Translations under genes and position numbers: made by a program | Notes under the pieces: model-generated | What the model was told of the DNA's origin: nothing | What the model saw: only the letters and a program-made list of their open reading frames with translations | Databases searched by the model: none | In this document: in pieces, positions 9,849 to 19,566 of the stretch | Numbering within the stretch: the first letter of the stretch is position 1 | Layout: every line of letters starts with the position of its first letter | Source of the DNA: an uncultured Chloroflexota bacterium | GTDB lineage: Bacteria; Chloroflexota; Dehalococcoidia; GIF9; AB-539-J10 | Length of the DNA: 64,000 bases | Reading direction: 5' to 3' | Assembly: GCA_903884455.1 (NCBI GenBank) | Contig: CAISEW010000003.1 | Location: forward strand, 41,313 to 105,312

Positions 9849-10535
9849 CTAGAGGGGATAATTCTGGAGGAAAGGATTTCCTCGGCGTTCATCACCGATA
9901 GTGGTGGATGGTCCGTGGCCAGGGTAGACAATGGTTTCATCAGGCAGAACCATGAGTTTTTCATGAATGCTTTTCATCAGCCGTTCGTGGCTGCAACCGG
10001 GAAAGTCGGTCCTGCCAACGCCGAGATTAAATAGAGTATCACCGCTAAAGACTACTCCATGCCCGGAAAGACAGATCCCACCAGAACTATGCCCGGGGGT
10101 ATGGAGTACTTCAAAGTGTAAGTCGCCTATATCTATGCGGTCACCGTCCTTGAGTAACCTGTCCGGCCGAGGGGGTGATTTAACAGGGGTAAGGCCTAGT
10201 GATGTTAGCATACGCATGGGCGCGGTAAGTAATAATCCCTTCTCTGCTTCGTGAATGGCAAACTGGGCATGAGTCTTTTCTTGAACTGCATGAAGGGCAC
10301 CAACATGGTCCATATGGGCATGGGTTATCACGATTAAGGATATGGATAACCCTGTTTGCTGCACCGTTCTCAAAATAGTCTCAGCTTCAGCACCGGGGTC
10401 AATAATCATTCCTTGCTTCGTTGTGGATGAACCAACGATATAGCAGTTGGCGGCAAAAGGACCGACCACTAACATCTTTATAACCATTGCTCTTTTCTCT
10501 AGTAATTTTACAGTCGAATTCGTGAAGTATAGCAT
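9849..10535 (-). CDS. MBL-fold metallo-hydrolase (glyoxalase II-like)
   Basis: THAHMDHVGA metal-binding motif. The true start may be the internal Met at about 10487. Confidence 0.75.
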   Translation of the reverse strand: MLYFTNSTVKLLEKRAMVIKMLVVGPFAANCYIVGSSTTKQGMIIDPGAEAETILRTVQQTGLSISLIVITHAHMDHVGALHAVQEKTHAQFAIHEAEKGLLLTAPMRMLTSLGLTPVKSPPRPDRLLKDGDRIDIGDLHFEVLHTPGHSSGGICLSGHGVVFSGDTLFNLGVGRTDFPGCSHERLMKSIHEKLMVLPDETIVYPGHGPSTTIGDERRGNPFLQNYPL

Positions 10536-10638
10536 GAGTTTACACTCTGGGAAAAATCACTGGTAAATGAAATCATTCTCGTGCAAAGCTAATTCTTGCT
10601 CTAATCTAGATTTTTCAATATACTGAAAAGATAACTGG

Positions 10639-12360
10639 ATGAAATTAGACAAGCGAATAACTAATCTCATTATCACAGGTTTCTCAGGCACCGGTAAATC
10701 TCTGGTAGCTATGGATGTAGCCCGGAGATTAAATTGGGATTTCCTGGATACCGATGATGAGATAGTTAGACAAACTGGCAAGCCTATCGCCGAGATTTTT
10801 CGTCAGGATGGGGAGGGCAAGTTTCGGGAACTGGAACGCGAGACGATTAGAAAAGCTTGCCAGCAAAGGCAAACAGTCATAGCTATTGGCGGTGGAGCCA
10901 TAGTTGACCCTCAAAACTATAAGTCGCTTGCCAAAACTGGGTTAATTGTTTGCCTGGAGGCTAAACCCGAGACAATTTATGAGCGCTTATTCCGTGAGGC
11001 TGCTCGTAGTCCTGAGACCGAAGTTCGTCCCCTTTTAGCTGTTGATAATCCCTTGGAACGTATCAGGCAGCTTAAAGCCTCCCGGCAACCTTACTACGCT
11101 AAAGCGGATTGGACTATCCATACTGACGGCTTAAGCGTCAGTGAAGTAGCAGAGGAGGTAATAAGGGCTTCGAGATTGCTTCATCGCACTGATAGCTTTC
11201 AGCTTTCAGCTTTCAGTGACAAAGATGTTGCTTGCATGGTGAAGACTGCTACTCAAAGTTATCCTCTCTTTGTTGGCTATGGTTTATTGGACAAACTCGG
11301 TGAGAAGATGAAACAAACTGCTCTATCTGGCACAGCCACCGTAATTAGCGATGAGAACGTCTTCTCTCTTTATGGCAGCAAAGTTGAGGGAGTCCTCAAG
11401 GGAGCTGGTTTTGCCATTAATTCCTTTGTGGTGCCGCCGGGTGAAGAAACGAAAAGCATGGACTATGTCATCAAGATTTACGATTTCCTTGTTGAGCATC
11501 GAGCGGAGCGAGACGATATTATCATCGCCTTGGGTGGGGGCATGGTAGGTGACTTAGCGGGTTTTGTCGCTGCCACCTTCTTACGAGGTATGTTCTGGAT
11601 ACAAGTGCCAACCAGTTTGGTAGCCATGGTTGATGCCAGCATCGGGGGTAAGGTCGGCGTTAATCATCCTGAGGGAAAGAACCTTATTGGTGCCTTCTAT
11701 CAGCCTGACCTGGTTTTGGCTGACTGTCAGACTCTTACCACTCTGCCTCAGCGTGAACTGACCTCAGGCTGGGCTGAAGTTATTAAGCATGGCTTGATTT
11801 TAGATGAGGAATTTTTTCAATTCCTAGAGAGCAATGTTAATAAGCTGACAAAGCTAGAGCCGGAACTGTTCACCCGAGCTATTGCCCGTAGCGCTACTAT
11901 CAAGGCTCAGGTCGTCAGCCAGGATGAAAAAGAAAGGGAAGGGAAACGCACCATTTTAAATTACGGACATACTATTGCTCATGGATTGGAGGCGGCTACT
12001 CAGTATAAGCGCTTTCTTCATGGCGAAGCGGTAGCCATTGGCATGGTGGGAGCTGCTAAGCTCAGTCAGCGATTGGGGCTTCTGCCTTCAGTGGCAGTGG
12101 AGCGCCAACAAGCCCTATTGCAAAAATTTGGCCTGCCCACGTCATTGCGAGCCGAAGCTGCGAGCCAAAGGCGTGGCAGGCAGCGAAGCAATCTCAAGTT
12201 GAGCCTGGCCGGGGTAACCAGGGCCATGGAACTCGATAAAAAAGTGAGAGGAAAGGCAATTCGCTGGGTGCTGTTACAAGATATTGGCAAGGTAGTAATT
12301 CGCAGTGATGTGCCTCAGAAGGAAGTGTTAGCCGTTCTTCAGGAGCTAGCGGAGCAGTGA
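10639..12360 (+). CDS. aroKB: Bifunctional shikimate kinase / 3-dehydroquinate synthase (AroK-AroB fusion)
   Basis: N-terminal P-loop GFSGTGKS with the shikimate-kinase LID region. From about residue 190, the DHQ synthase motifs GGGMVGDLAGF and DASIGGKVGVNHPEGKN. 573 aa. Confidence 0.85.
   Translation: MKLDKRITNLIITGFSGTGKSLVAMDVARRLNWDFLDTDDEIVRQTGKPIAEIFRQDGEGKFRELERETIRKACQQRQTVIAIGGGAIVDPQNYKSLAKTGLIVCLEAKPETIYERLFREAARSPETEVRPLLAVDNPLERIRQLKASRQPYYAKADWTIHTDGLSVSEVAEEVIRASRLLHRTDSFQLSAFSDKDVACMVKTATQSYPLFVGYGLLDKLGEKMKQTALSGTATVISDENVFSLYGSKVEGVLKGAGFAINSFVVPPGEETKSMDYVIKIYDFLVEHRAERDDIIIALGGGMVGDLAGFVAATFLRGMFWIQVPTSLVAMVDASIGGKVGVNHPEGKNLIGAFYQPDLVLADCQTLTTLPQRELTSGWAEVIKHGLILDEEFFQFLESNVNKLTKLEPELFTRAIARSATIKAQVVSQDEKEREGKRTILNYGHTIAHGLEAATQYKRFLHGEAVAIGMVGAAKLSQRLGLLPSVAVERQQALLQKFGLPTSLRAEAASQRRGRQRSNLKLSLAGVTRAMELDKKVRGKAIRWVLLQDIGKVVIRSDVPQKEVLAVLQELAEQ
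11194..11216. repeat. 3x tandem heptamer AGCTTTC at the AroK/AroB domain junction
   Basis: Read directly in the sequence. It is in frame (21 nt), encoding SFQLSAF in the inter-domain linker. Confidence 0.6.
12141..12195. repeat. Intragenic copy of the dispersed repeat GTCATTGCGAG...CGAAGCAATCTC (55 nt, in frame within aroKB)
   Basis: The 11-mer and 12-mer termini are identical to the intergenic copies at 18211 and 43139. It encodes an extra segment (...SLRAEAASQRRGRQRSNLK...) in a normally short AroB C-terminal region. Confidence 0.6.
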
Positions 12361-12373
12361 CCTCTTGGTTCAA

Positions 12374-12402
12374 TTGAAAGCCCCCCTTTTATAGGCTATA
12401 AT
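12374..12402 (+). promoter_or_regulatory. Sigma70-type promoter TTGAAA-17-TATAAT upstream of aspS
   Basis: Hexamers read in the sequence with exact 17-bp spacing. AAGGAG SD precedes the TTG start of aspS. Confidence 0.5.
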
Positions 12403-12428
12403 AACCAATCCAGAAAAGGAGACTATTC

Positions 12429-14231
12429 TTGCTCAAAAGCCATAACTGCGGGGAACTAAGGGAAAAGCATGCCGGACAGAAGGTAAGTTTAGCTGGCTGG
12501 GTGCACCGGCGCCGTGACCATGGCGGGAAGGTATTCATTGACCTGCGTGACCGGGAAGGCATAGTTCAGGTAGTGTTCAATCCCCAGGTATCACAAGAGG
12601 CATACGAGGTAGCTGGTTCGCTCCGTAGCGAGTATGTAATTCAAGTTACTGGAGAAGTTGCCACCCGCCCTGAAGGGACGGAAAATCCCAAATTGGCTAC
12701 CGGAGATATTGAAGTCATAGCACAAGATGCTGTTATCCTTAATCCATCGAAAACGCCGCCATTTTACATAAGTGAAGATGAAGAAGTTGAGGAATCACTT
12801 TGCCTCAAAAACCGCTACCTGTACCTGAGAAGACCTAGGCTGAGGGACAATCTTTTGTTACGCCACAGGATGATAAAGTTTATGCGAGATTTCCTTGACG
12901 CTAAAGGATTTGTTGAAATTGAGACACCTATTTTGATTAAGAGCACGCCGGAGGGAGCCCGGGACTATCTTGTGCCCAGCCGTGTCAATCCTGGCAAGTT
13001 TTATGCCCTCCCACAATCTCCACAGCAGCTCAAACAACTCCTCATGGTAGCCGGGTTTGATAAGTACTTCCAGATAGCTCGTTGCTTCAGAGACGAAGAC
13101 CTCCGGGCAGATCGCCAGCCCGAGTTCACCCAGCTTGACCTGGAAATGAGCTTTGTTGAGGCACCGGACATATTGCAGCTAATGGAAAAACTTTTTACCT
13201 CGCTTGTAAAGACTATTAAGCCTGATATGCGATTACTAGAGCCCTTTCCTCACCTTTCCTATAAAGAAGCGATGGAGAGGTACGGCACAGATAAACCGGA
13301 TATCAGGTTTGGCCTGGAGATCAAGGATATATCTGACATTGCCGCTAACACAGATTTTCAAGTTTTCCGCTCGGCCCTCGACAACAATGGCAAGATAAAA
13401 GGGATATGTGTCCCCGGTTGTGGCCATTATACTCGCCATCAGCTTGATGAATTAATTGACTTAGCAAAAAGTTGTGGTGCTCAGGGGTTGATGACCATGG
13501 CTTTTACAGGAGAGGCAATAGCTTTGGATGAAGTCAAGTCGGCGGCTGCTAAATATTTAACATCTCGCCAATTAGAAGAAATAGCCAATAGATTCGAAGC
13601 AAAGCCTGGCGACCTTGTACTCATCGTCGCTGATAAACTGGGGGTTGTTAACAAAACACTGGATGAATTACGCCGCCAGATGGCAGAGCGGCTTAATCTA
13701 GCTGATGCTAAGTTATTGGCTTTTGCTTTTGTAGTTGATTTTCCTCTGCTGGAGTGGAATGAAGCCACGAATCGATGGGAACCCATGCACCATCCGTTTA
13801 CTGCTCCTCGATGGGAAGACGTGGTACTTCTCGATAAAGAACCAGTTAAGGTCCGTGGTCAACATTATGATGTAGTGTGCAATGGTTGTGAACTTGGCAG
13901 CGGCAGCATCAGGATTCATAAACGACAATTTCAAGAGAGGATGTTTAGCCTCCTTGGTTATAGCCAAGAGGAAATGGAAAGCCGATTTGGATGTCTCTTA
14001 GAAGCACTGGAATATGGAGCACCACCCCATGGCGGTATTGCTATAGGACTGGACCGTTTGGCAATGCTTTTTGCCGGGGAGCGGAGCATCAGGGAGGTTA
14101 TTGCTTTCCCGAAAAATCAGAATGCCGTTGATGTTATGTTCGATAGCCCCTCTTATGTTGACAAACATCAGCTTGACGAGCTGAACCTTAAGCTAAAGCA
14201 CGAGGTTCTTCACCACAATGACAAGGTATGA
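12429..14231 (+). CDS. aspS: Aspartate--tRNA ligase
   Basis: 600 aa, class II aaRS motifs, N-terminal OB fold. TTG start with strong SD. Confidence 0.95.
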   Translation: MLKSHNCGELREKHAGQKVSLAGWVHRRRDHGGKVFIDLRDREGIVQVVFNPQVSQEAYEVAGSLRSEYVIQVTGEVATRPEGTENPKLATGDIEVIAQDAVILNPSKTPPFYISEDEEVEESLCLKNRYLYLRRPRLRDNLLLRHRMIKFMRDFLDAKGFVEIETPILIKSTPEGARDYLVPSRVNPGKFYALPQSPQQLKQLLMVAGFDKYFQIARCFRDEDLRADRQPEFTQLDLEMSFVEAPDILQLMEKLFTSLVKTIKPDMRLLEPFPHLSYKEAMERYGTDKPDIRFGLEIKDISDIAANTDFQVFRSALDNNGKIKGICVPGCGHYTRHQLDELIDLAKSCGAQGLMTMAFTGEAIALDEVKSAAAKYLTSRQLEEIANRFEAKPGDLVLIVADKLGVVNKTLDELRRQMAERLNLADAKLLAFAFVVDFPLLEWNEATNRWEPMHHPFTAPRWEDVVLLDKEPVKVRGQHYDVVCNGCELGSGSIRIHKRQFQERMFSLLGYSQEEMESRFGCLLEALEYGAPPHGGIAIGLDRLAMLFAGERSIREVIAFPKNQNAVDVMFDSPSYVDKHQLDELNLKLKHEVLHHNDKV

Positions 14232-14234
14232 GAC

Positions 14235-15527
14235 ATGAAAGTAAGCACAGAAAATTTGGAAAATTGTCAGATAGCCCTCAATATAGAGGCTGAAGCCAGT
14301 GAGTTAGATAAATCGCTGGACGAGGCTTATCATCACCTGGTTAATGAGGTATCCATACCTGGTTTCCGTAAAGGAAAGGCACCGCGGGCCATTCTGGTGC
14401 AGCACATAGGAAAGAAGAATTTGTTGGATGAGGCATTGGAGCATCTTATACCGCAACTTTATAAACAGGCGATCGAGTCTCAGGAACTTAAGCCCATTGC
14501 CGGACCACAAATAGAGATTACTCAAAGAGAGCCTGTGATTTTCAAAGCCATAGTGTCTCTCAAACCTGAGGTTAAGCTTGGCGATTACCATAGCATAAGG
14601 CTAGAGCCTACCCCCGCAATAGAAGTTTCCGAGGAAAAGGTTAATGCTGCTATGGAAGAGTTCCGGAAAAGACAAGGAGCGTGGGTGCCTGTAGACCGCC
14701 CTGTTGAACTGGGTGACTTAGTTACTATGGACATCCAAGCCAATGTGGACGGGAAACCCTGGTTAAATCACAAAGACATATTATATGAGATGGATAAGGA
14801 TTCACGTTCACCTGTGCCGGGATTTGCCTCTCAATTGCAGGGCACTGAGAAAAACAAGGAAAGGACTTTCAGCTTGATTATTCCAGATGACTACCCCATT
14901 AAGGAAATGCGTGGCAAAGAGGGCACTTTCAAAGTCACTGTTACCGAAATAAAGGCGAAACAGTTACCAGAGCTTAACGATGAATTGGCTAAGAATGCCG
15001 GCTATGGTAACCTGGAGGATATGAGGACGAAAGTGGCTGCTGATTTAAGAGTCAAAGCTGAGGCTAGGAATCGCTTAGAGTTGAAGCAAAAGGCGCTTGA
15101 CGCTCTGGTGGAAATCAGCGAGGTAAACTATCCCCCTATTTTGGAGGACGAGGAAATTACCGAACTTCTTAGAAACGAGGCACAGCGCTTGGGCTTTAGA
15201 GAGATAACCGATTACCTGAAGAAAGCTAATAAAACGGAGGAGGAAATTAAACAAGAGCTGCGTCCTATAGCGAAAAAGCGGCTTACTGAAAGTCTTGTCC
15301 TGGGGAAATTAGCTGAAGAGGAAAAGATTGAAATTAGTTCCACAGAGGTAGATAATAAGGTAGATGAGATTACCAGTGATGCTGAGGATAAGGAAAAAGC
15401 AAAGCAGTTCTTCTCACTGCCCCAGATTAAGCAATCAATTGAACAATCTCTGCGTACTCAGAAGACAATGGACCAATTATTACAAATAGCTAGTGGCAAT
15501 GCTGAAAATATAACAAAGGGGGAATGA
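14235..15527 (+). CDS. tig: Trigger factor
   Basis: GFRKGKAP ribosome-binding signature; PPIase and C-terminal arm; 430 aa. Confidence 0.95.
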   Translation: MKVSTENLENCQIALNIEAEASELDKSLDEAYHHLVNEVSIPGFRKGKAPRAILVQHIGKKNLLDEALEHLIPQLYKQAIESQELKPIAGPQIEITQREPVIFKAIVSLKPEVKLGDYHSIRLEPTPAIEVSEEKVNAAMEEFRKRQGAWVPVDRPVELGDLVTMDIQANVDGKPWLNHKDILYEMDKDSRSPVPGFASQLQGTEKNKERTFSLIIPDDYPIKEMRGKEGTFKVTVTEIKAKQLPELNDELAKNAGYGNLEDMRTKVAADLRVKAEARNRLELKQKALDALVEISEVNYPPILEDEEITELLRNEAQRLGFREITDYLKKANKTEEEIKQELRPIAKKRLTESLVLGKLAEEEKIEISSTEVDNKVDEITSDAEDKEKAKQFFSLPQIKQSIEQSLRTQKTMDQLLQIASGNAENITKGE

Positions 15528-16132
15528 TGGAAACAATATCTCAAGTGATAATTCCTACGGTGACGGAGACCAGTGCTCGGGGTGAACGTATTTTAGACAT
15601 ATATTCTCTCTTACTCAGGGAGAGAATCGTTTTTTTGGGCACGCCGATCAATGACCAGATAGCCAATCTTATTATTGCCCAGCTCCTCTACTTGGAGAGA
15701 GAGGATCCGGAAAAGGATATAAACCTTTATGTTCATTGCCCCGGTGGCATTATCAGCGCTGGCTTAGCCATTTACGATACTATGCAGATTCTCCGCTGCT
15801 CTATATCCACCATTTGTATTGGTCTAGCAGCTAGCATGGGCACCGTGCTTCTTTGTGCCGGGACTAAGGGTAAAAGGTATGCTTTACCTAATTCGACTAT
15901 ACATCTGCACCAGGCAGTTGGTGGTGCTCAGGGGCAGGCGGCAGATATTGAAATTGCCGCCAGAGAAATCATGAGGATGCAGGAAATGCTACGTAACATC
16001 ATAGCTAAGCACACCGGTCAGCCGGTAGAGAAGATTGCCCACGACACCGACAGAGACTTTTATCTTAGCGCTGAACAAGCAGTGGAATACGGCATTGTAG
16101 ACGAAATACTTAGCAAGCCGGCCAAGAAGTGA
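15524..16132 (+). CDS. clpP: ATP-dependent Clp protease proteolytic subunit
   Basis: [26 protein letters not shown]...GLAASMG catalytic Ser context; 202 aa. Overlaps the tig stop. No clpX follows. Confidence 0.95.
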   Translation: MMETISQVIIPTVTETSARGERILDIYSLLLRERIVFLGTPINDQIANLIIAQLLYLEREDPEKDINLYVHCPGGIISAGLAIYDTMQILRCSISTICIGLAASMGTVLLCAGTKGKRYALPNSTIHLHQAVGGAQGQAADIEIAAREIMRMQEMLRNIIAKHTGQPVEKIAHDTDRDFYLSAEQAVEYGIVDEILSKPAKK

Positions 16133-16237
16133 AATAGAAGCACCGCGGTTAGCAGTAGCGAGAATTTGGATCAGATTAGCCTGTCCGAATGGTGCTGTCT
16201 GTAAAGGCTAAGGCGTCTTTTAGTTTTAACTGGTAGG

Positions 16238-16405
16238 ATGGTAGTTGGGATGCCAGACTGGATGGAGGCAAGTGCTACAGTTTATGCTGTAGGTGAGGCA
16301 TTCGGTGGGCTGGGCAAAGGGGGCTTAATTACTATCATCGTCGTTTCCATAATCGCTATTGTTGCCTTCGTGTGGATTTTCCTTGAGACTGGAAAGCGAG
16401 AGTAA
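16238..16405 (+). CDS. Small predicted membrane peptide (about 51-55 aa); not in the ORF track
   Basis: ATG at 16238 or 16250 to TAA at 16403-16405. Hydrophobic core GLITIIVVSIIAIVAFVWIF. Lies in the tail-to-tail gap after clpP. Confidence 0.3.
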   Translation: MVVGMPDWMEASATVYAVGEAFGGLGKGGLITIIVVSIIAIVAFVWIFLETGKRE

Positions 16406-16415
16406 GTAATCTATA

Positions 16416-17405
16416 TTAGCCCAGTTTGGCGGCTTCCTCTCTAACCAGGCGGCGGATCCTTTTATGGATTTCCAAAGCAGGCGTTATATCCTTAGTTCCG
16501 TCTAACCAATGTAACCATCCTCTATCCTTTGCCCCCCCCGTTTTCTCCCTCTTTTTGACCACTCTTTCAACATCCTCGCGGCCACCTTTCTCCCAGGCTT
16601 CCAGAACTACCAATAAATCATATAGACTTACCGATGCCAGACCCAGAGTGGAATAAGGCAAGGCATATTCATTAGCGTTGAAAGCAATGGCTAAGCCACT
16701 TGCTTTATCCACAGCCCGAAGCATTTTGAAATCGGTGATGCTATCACCTACAACCGTCCAATGAGAAAGCGGTTTTCCCATTCTTGTGCTAAAGTTCTCC
16801 AATGCCTCTACCTTGCGCCTCCCTCCCACGGGTTTCACTTGGCTTATAATTCTTCCCCAACTTGTTTGAGGCAATTTCTGCCAATAAAAATAGTCCAGAT
16901 ATTCCCTTATTCTAGTATCGTCAGTAAAAGGATTAAGATTCACAATTTCATGTTCTGTTTGCTCCAGTAAGGCAAATTCATTTTGGCTTAATAATTGGCG
17001 AACCTGCGCCAGGGGAAAGGAGGTGCAAGCTACATTCTCACTGGGTATGCCCAGTCTCTGTGTGATGGGGAAGGCATATTGTTCATAACTGGTACTAATA
17101 CAAAATATGTACCACCCTCGAGATTTAAGTTTGGAGATTAATTCAGTTGCACCTGGGGTTAACCCGGCTTTCTGCCCCATAGCTGTGCTTTGTTCCTCTT
17201 CTATTCCATGATAAGCAAGGAAAGGAATGATGAGAGCAAGTGTATCTCCCGGCTCATAGTCAGGCCGACCTTCTAAAGTCAGCAAATCATCATAACGGCT
17301 GATGACCTCAAAAATCTTGTCGCCACGGGGGAATAGCTTCATCAGTTCATAGGCATTATCTTGGGGAGCTAAAGGGCCCTCGAGGTCAAAGCAAATCAAG
17401 TTCAT
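16416..17405 (-). CDS. Divergent HAD-superfamily hydrolase-like protein (motif I DLEGPL, motif IV GDSITD)
   Basis: 329 aa. ATGA overlap with the upstream formyltransferase-family gene, implying translational coupling. Confidence 0.55.
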   Translation of the reverse strand: MNLICFDLEGPLAPQDNAYELMKLFPRGDKIFEVISRYDDLLTLEGRPDYEPGDTLALIIPFLAYHGIEEEQSTAMGQKAGLTPGATELISKLKSRGWYIFCISTSYEQYAFPITQRLGIPSENVACTSFPLAQVRQLLSQNEFALLEQTEHEIVNLNPFTDDTRIREYLDYFYWQKLPQTSWGRIISQVKPVGGRRKVEALENFSTRMGKPLSHWTVVGDSITDFKMLRAVDKASGLAIAFNANEYALPYSTLGLASVSLYDLLVVLEAWEKGGREDVERVVKKREKTGGAKDRGWLHWLDGTKDITPALEIHKRIRRLVREEAAKLG

Positions 17406-18160
17406 TTAAGATTTTTCTTCACCTCCTCATCTACCTTACCGCTGAGATTATAGCCACTGATTAACTTTCCTTGGGCATTGATTACTCTCCTGTTCTTTAT
17501 GCTGACCTCACCCCGACTCAGAGATTTTAATGTCAAGGTGATAAGAGGGAATTCCCTAGCAAGTTCGTGCTGGCGAATAAGCCGAAACAGCATGTTTTTG
17601 TCGTCCTTCCTCCAATATTCAGCGAAGGGCTCACCTTTAATAGAGAAGAGGCAGTAGCTAACTACTGGACCCCTATCTAGCTCAGGAGTAACCAAGTGCA
17701 TCATTGCCCCGGCAGTCTCGGCTTTATTTTGTATTAATGCCCATATTACCTTCTGCCAGCTACCCGTAGGTCCACCGGGAGGCGCAGGATGAAGATTAAT
17801 CATATCGTATTTTTGGCATAGCTCTGCACTCACGATGAGCATATAGCCAGCAAGAACACAAAGGTCGGGAGCAAATGGTTTAATCTTCTTGTTTACCTCT
17901 CTATCGTATTTGATACGCCACTCTTTTTCTTCTCCGACAGTCTTAAACTTTCTGTAAGATAAACAGACAAGAGGAATGTTGTAGCTCCGAACAAGCTCGA
18001 AGAACCGGTCGCTTTCCTTCGCCTCGCCAGGTTCTCGGTTGCTAAACACGAAGCTGATTTCCCCGTTAATGTCGCTGCTGTGGCTCTTATCCCACACAGC
18101 TTGCAAAAGCTGTCGAGCAGCTTCATCTCTACCTGTGGAAAACCAGCCAATGTTCAACAA
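17402..18160 (-). CDS. Formyltransferase-family protein (PurN/Fmt N-domain fold) with an atypical NLHPAPPGGP motif
   Basis: Matches PurN-like motifs (FSNRE..., LAGYM, HP, ...LDRGPV). The H-P-A-P-P-G-G-P motif deviates from canonical HPSLLP. Confidence 0.65.
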   Translation of the reverse strand: MLNIGWFSTGRDEAARQLLQAVWDKSHSSDINGEISFVFSNREPGEAKESDRFFELVRSYNIPLVCLSYRKFKTVGEEKEWRIKYDREVNKKIKPFAPDLCVLAGYMLIVSAELCQKYDMINLHPAPPGGPTGSWQKVIWALIQNKAETAGAMMHLVTPELDRGPVVSYCLFSIKGEPFAEYWRKDDKNMLFRLIRQHELAREFPLITLTLKSLSRGEVSIKNRRVINAQGKLISGYNLSGKVDEEVKKNLK

Positions 18161-18210
18161 GAACCCGTTTTACCTTCCTCACTCATGTCATTTTGAGCCC
18201 TTCGCTTTTT

Positions 18211-18238
18211 GTCATTGCGAGCGAAGCGAAGCAATCTC
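18211..18238. repeat. Intergenic copy of dispersed repeat GTCATTGCGAG-CGAAG-CGAAGCAATCTC, preceded by a T5 run
   Basis: Read in the sequence between the PHP gene end and the formyltransferase gene start. Confidence 0.65.
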
Positions 18239-18245
18239 CTAGTGC

Positions 18246-18917
18246 TCAGGATAAACTCTGCAAAGAATATCCAAATATATGTTTCCTTATCCTGGCCCAC
18301 GTGCTAGCAAAATGAGCTAAATAGCTAGATTTTTGCCCGAATATTTTGCCCTGAGCTAAAGACTTTAGGAAGTCGTCAGGTCCATCGAATTCGGGCATTT
18401 CCACATATGCTTGGCCGATTTCGCCTAAAGTATGGGCATCGCTGCCAGCGCTGGCAGCCTTTCCCTGCTCTTCGGCTAGTTTCCGTGCTTTGGCGATACT
18501 ACTAGAAAATGGCGTACGAGAATTAAAAGTTTCGATAATATCCACCTGGGATAAAACTTCCGTTGAGGTTAATATGTTAGCATTCCAAGGCAAAGACCTG
18601 CCAAATGGATGGGGAATAGCCACTAGACCGCCCTGGCTTCGGATTTTAGATATTGTTTCCTGGGGAGACAATCTCTGGGAAACTTCTTCGCCAAGAAAGA
18701 GACCCATTATTTCACCCACAGGCGTTAATATCTCCTCAGCAACAATTACTTTAAACGGAGCAATTTCCCTTAACTTTAAGGCGCCAGCAATGGTGTTGTG
18801 GTCCGCTACAGCAATACAATTTATGCCCAGCTTGAGGCAACGCTCGACTATTTGCTCCAAAGGTGTGAGACAATCTATAGAATAGCAAGTATGGATATGT
18901 AAATCAGCTTTTATCAA
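18246..18917 (-). CDS. PHP-domain metal-dependent phosphoesterase
   Basis: N-terminus MIKADLHIHTCYS and ADHNT motifs of the PHP family; 223 aa. Confidence 0.8.
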   Translation of the reverse strand: MIKADLHIHTCYSIDCLTPLEQIVERCLKLGINCIAVADHNTIAGALKLREIAPFKVIVAEEILTPVGEIMGLFLGEEVSQRLSPQETISKIRSQGGLVAIPHPFGRSLPWNANILTSTEVLSQVDIIETFNSRTPFSSSIAKARKLAEEQGKAASAGSDAHTLGEIGQAYVEMPEFDGPDDFLKSLAQGKIFGQKSSYLAHFASTWARIRKHIFGYSLQSLS

Positions 18918-18933
18918 ATAGCTTACCTAAATC

Positions 18934-19494
18934 TTAGCTAACCTTCTCCAGGTATCCCCCAGTGCGTGTATGGACTTTGATGATGTCGCCTGTATTAATG
19001 AAAAGAGGAACCTGGATGGTTACTCCCGTTTCTAGTTTAGCTGCTTTAGTGCCCGCTGTGGCTCTATCTCCCTTGAAGCCAGGCTCTGTCTCCGTAACCC
19101 GAAGCTCTACCGAAGCGGGTAGCTCTATGGCTACTGTATTCCCCTTGCAGGTCTGAATCTCTAGTACCAGGCCCTCTTTTAGATAATTTGTGCCATCTCC
19201 TATCTGAGTCGAAGTTAACATAAGCTGCTCGTAACTTTCGTTATCCATGAAGTAATAGAGGTCGCCATCGTTATAAAGGTACTGGACGGGGCGATGCTCC
19301 AGAAATACCGTTGCAACTTTATCCCCGGATTGGAAATTCCGCTCGACGAAATTCCCGTTACGAACACCACGAAGTTTCAACTTAATTACAGGCTGCCTTT
19401 GCTGCATCTTAACATGTTGATATTCCAGAATCTGGTATATTTCGCCATCTAGCTCTATGACGGCTCCCTTTCTCAATTCTCCAGCATCAATCAT
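18934..19494 (-). CDS. efp: Elongation factor P
   Basis: 186 aa; KOW-like N-domain and two OB domains. Conserved Lys of the KLKLRGVRNG loop. Confidence 0.95.
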   Translation of the reverse strand: MIDAGELRKGAVIELDGEIYQILEYQHVKMQQRQPVIKLKLRGVRNGNFVERNFQSGDKVATVFLEHRPVQYLYNDGDLYYFMDNESYEQLMLTSTQIGDGTNYLKEGLVLEIQTCKGNTVAIELPASVELRVTETEPGFKGDRATAGTKAAKLETGVTIQVPLFINTGDIIKVHTRTGGYLEKVS

Positions 19495-19566
19495 TTAGTA
19501 TCCTCCTGGTTAAACATTCTGCCTCAGTGCTAGTTTTGTTTCTGGTTGCTGAAAAACCGATAGGTG

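Noticed and set aside
16133-16237. Terminator after clpP
   Set aside because: Only short (4-5 bp) stems with large loops; nothing convincing.
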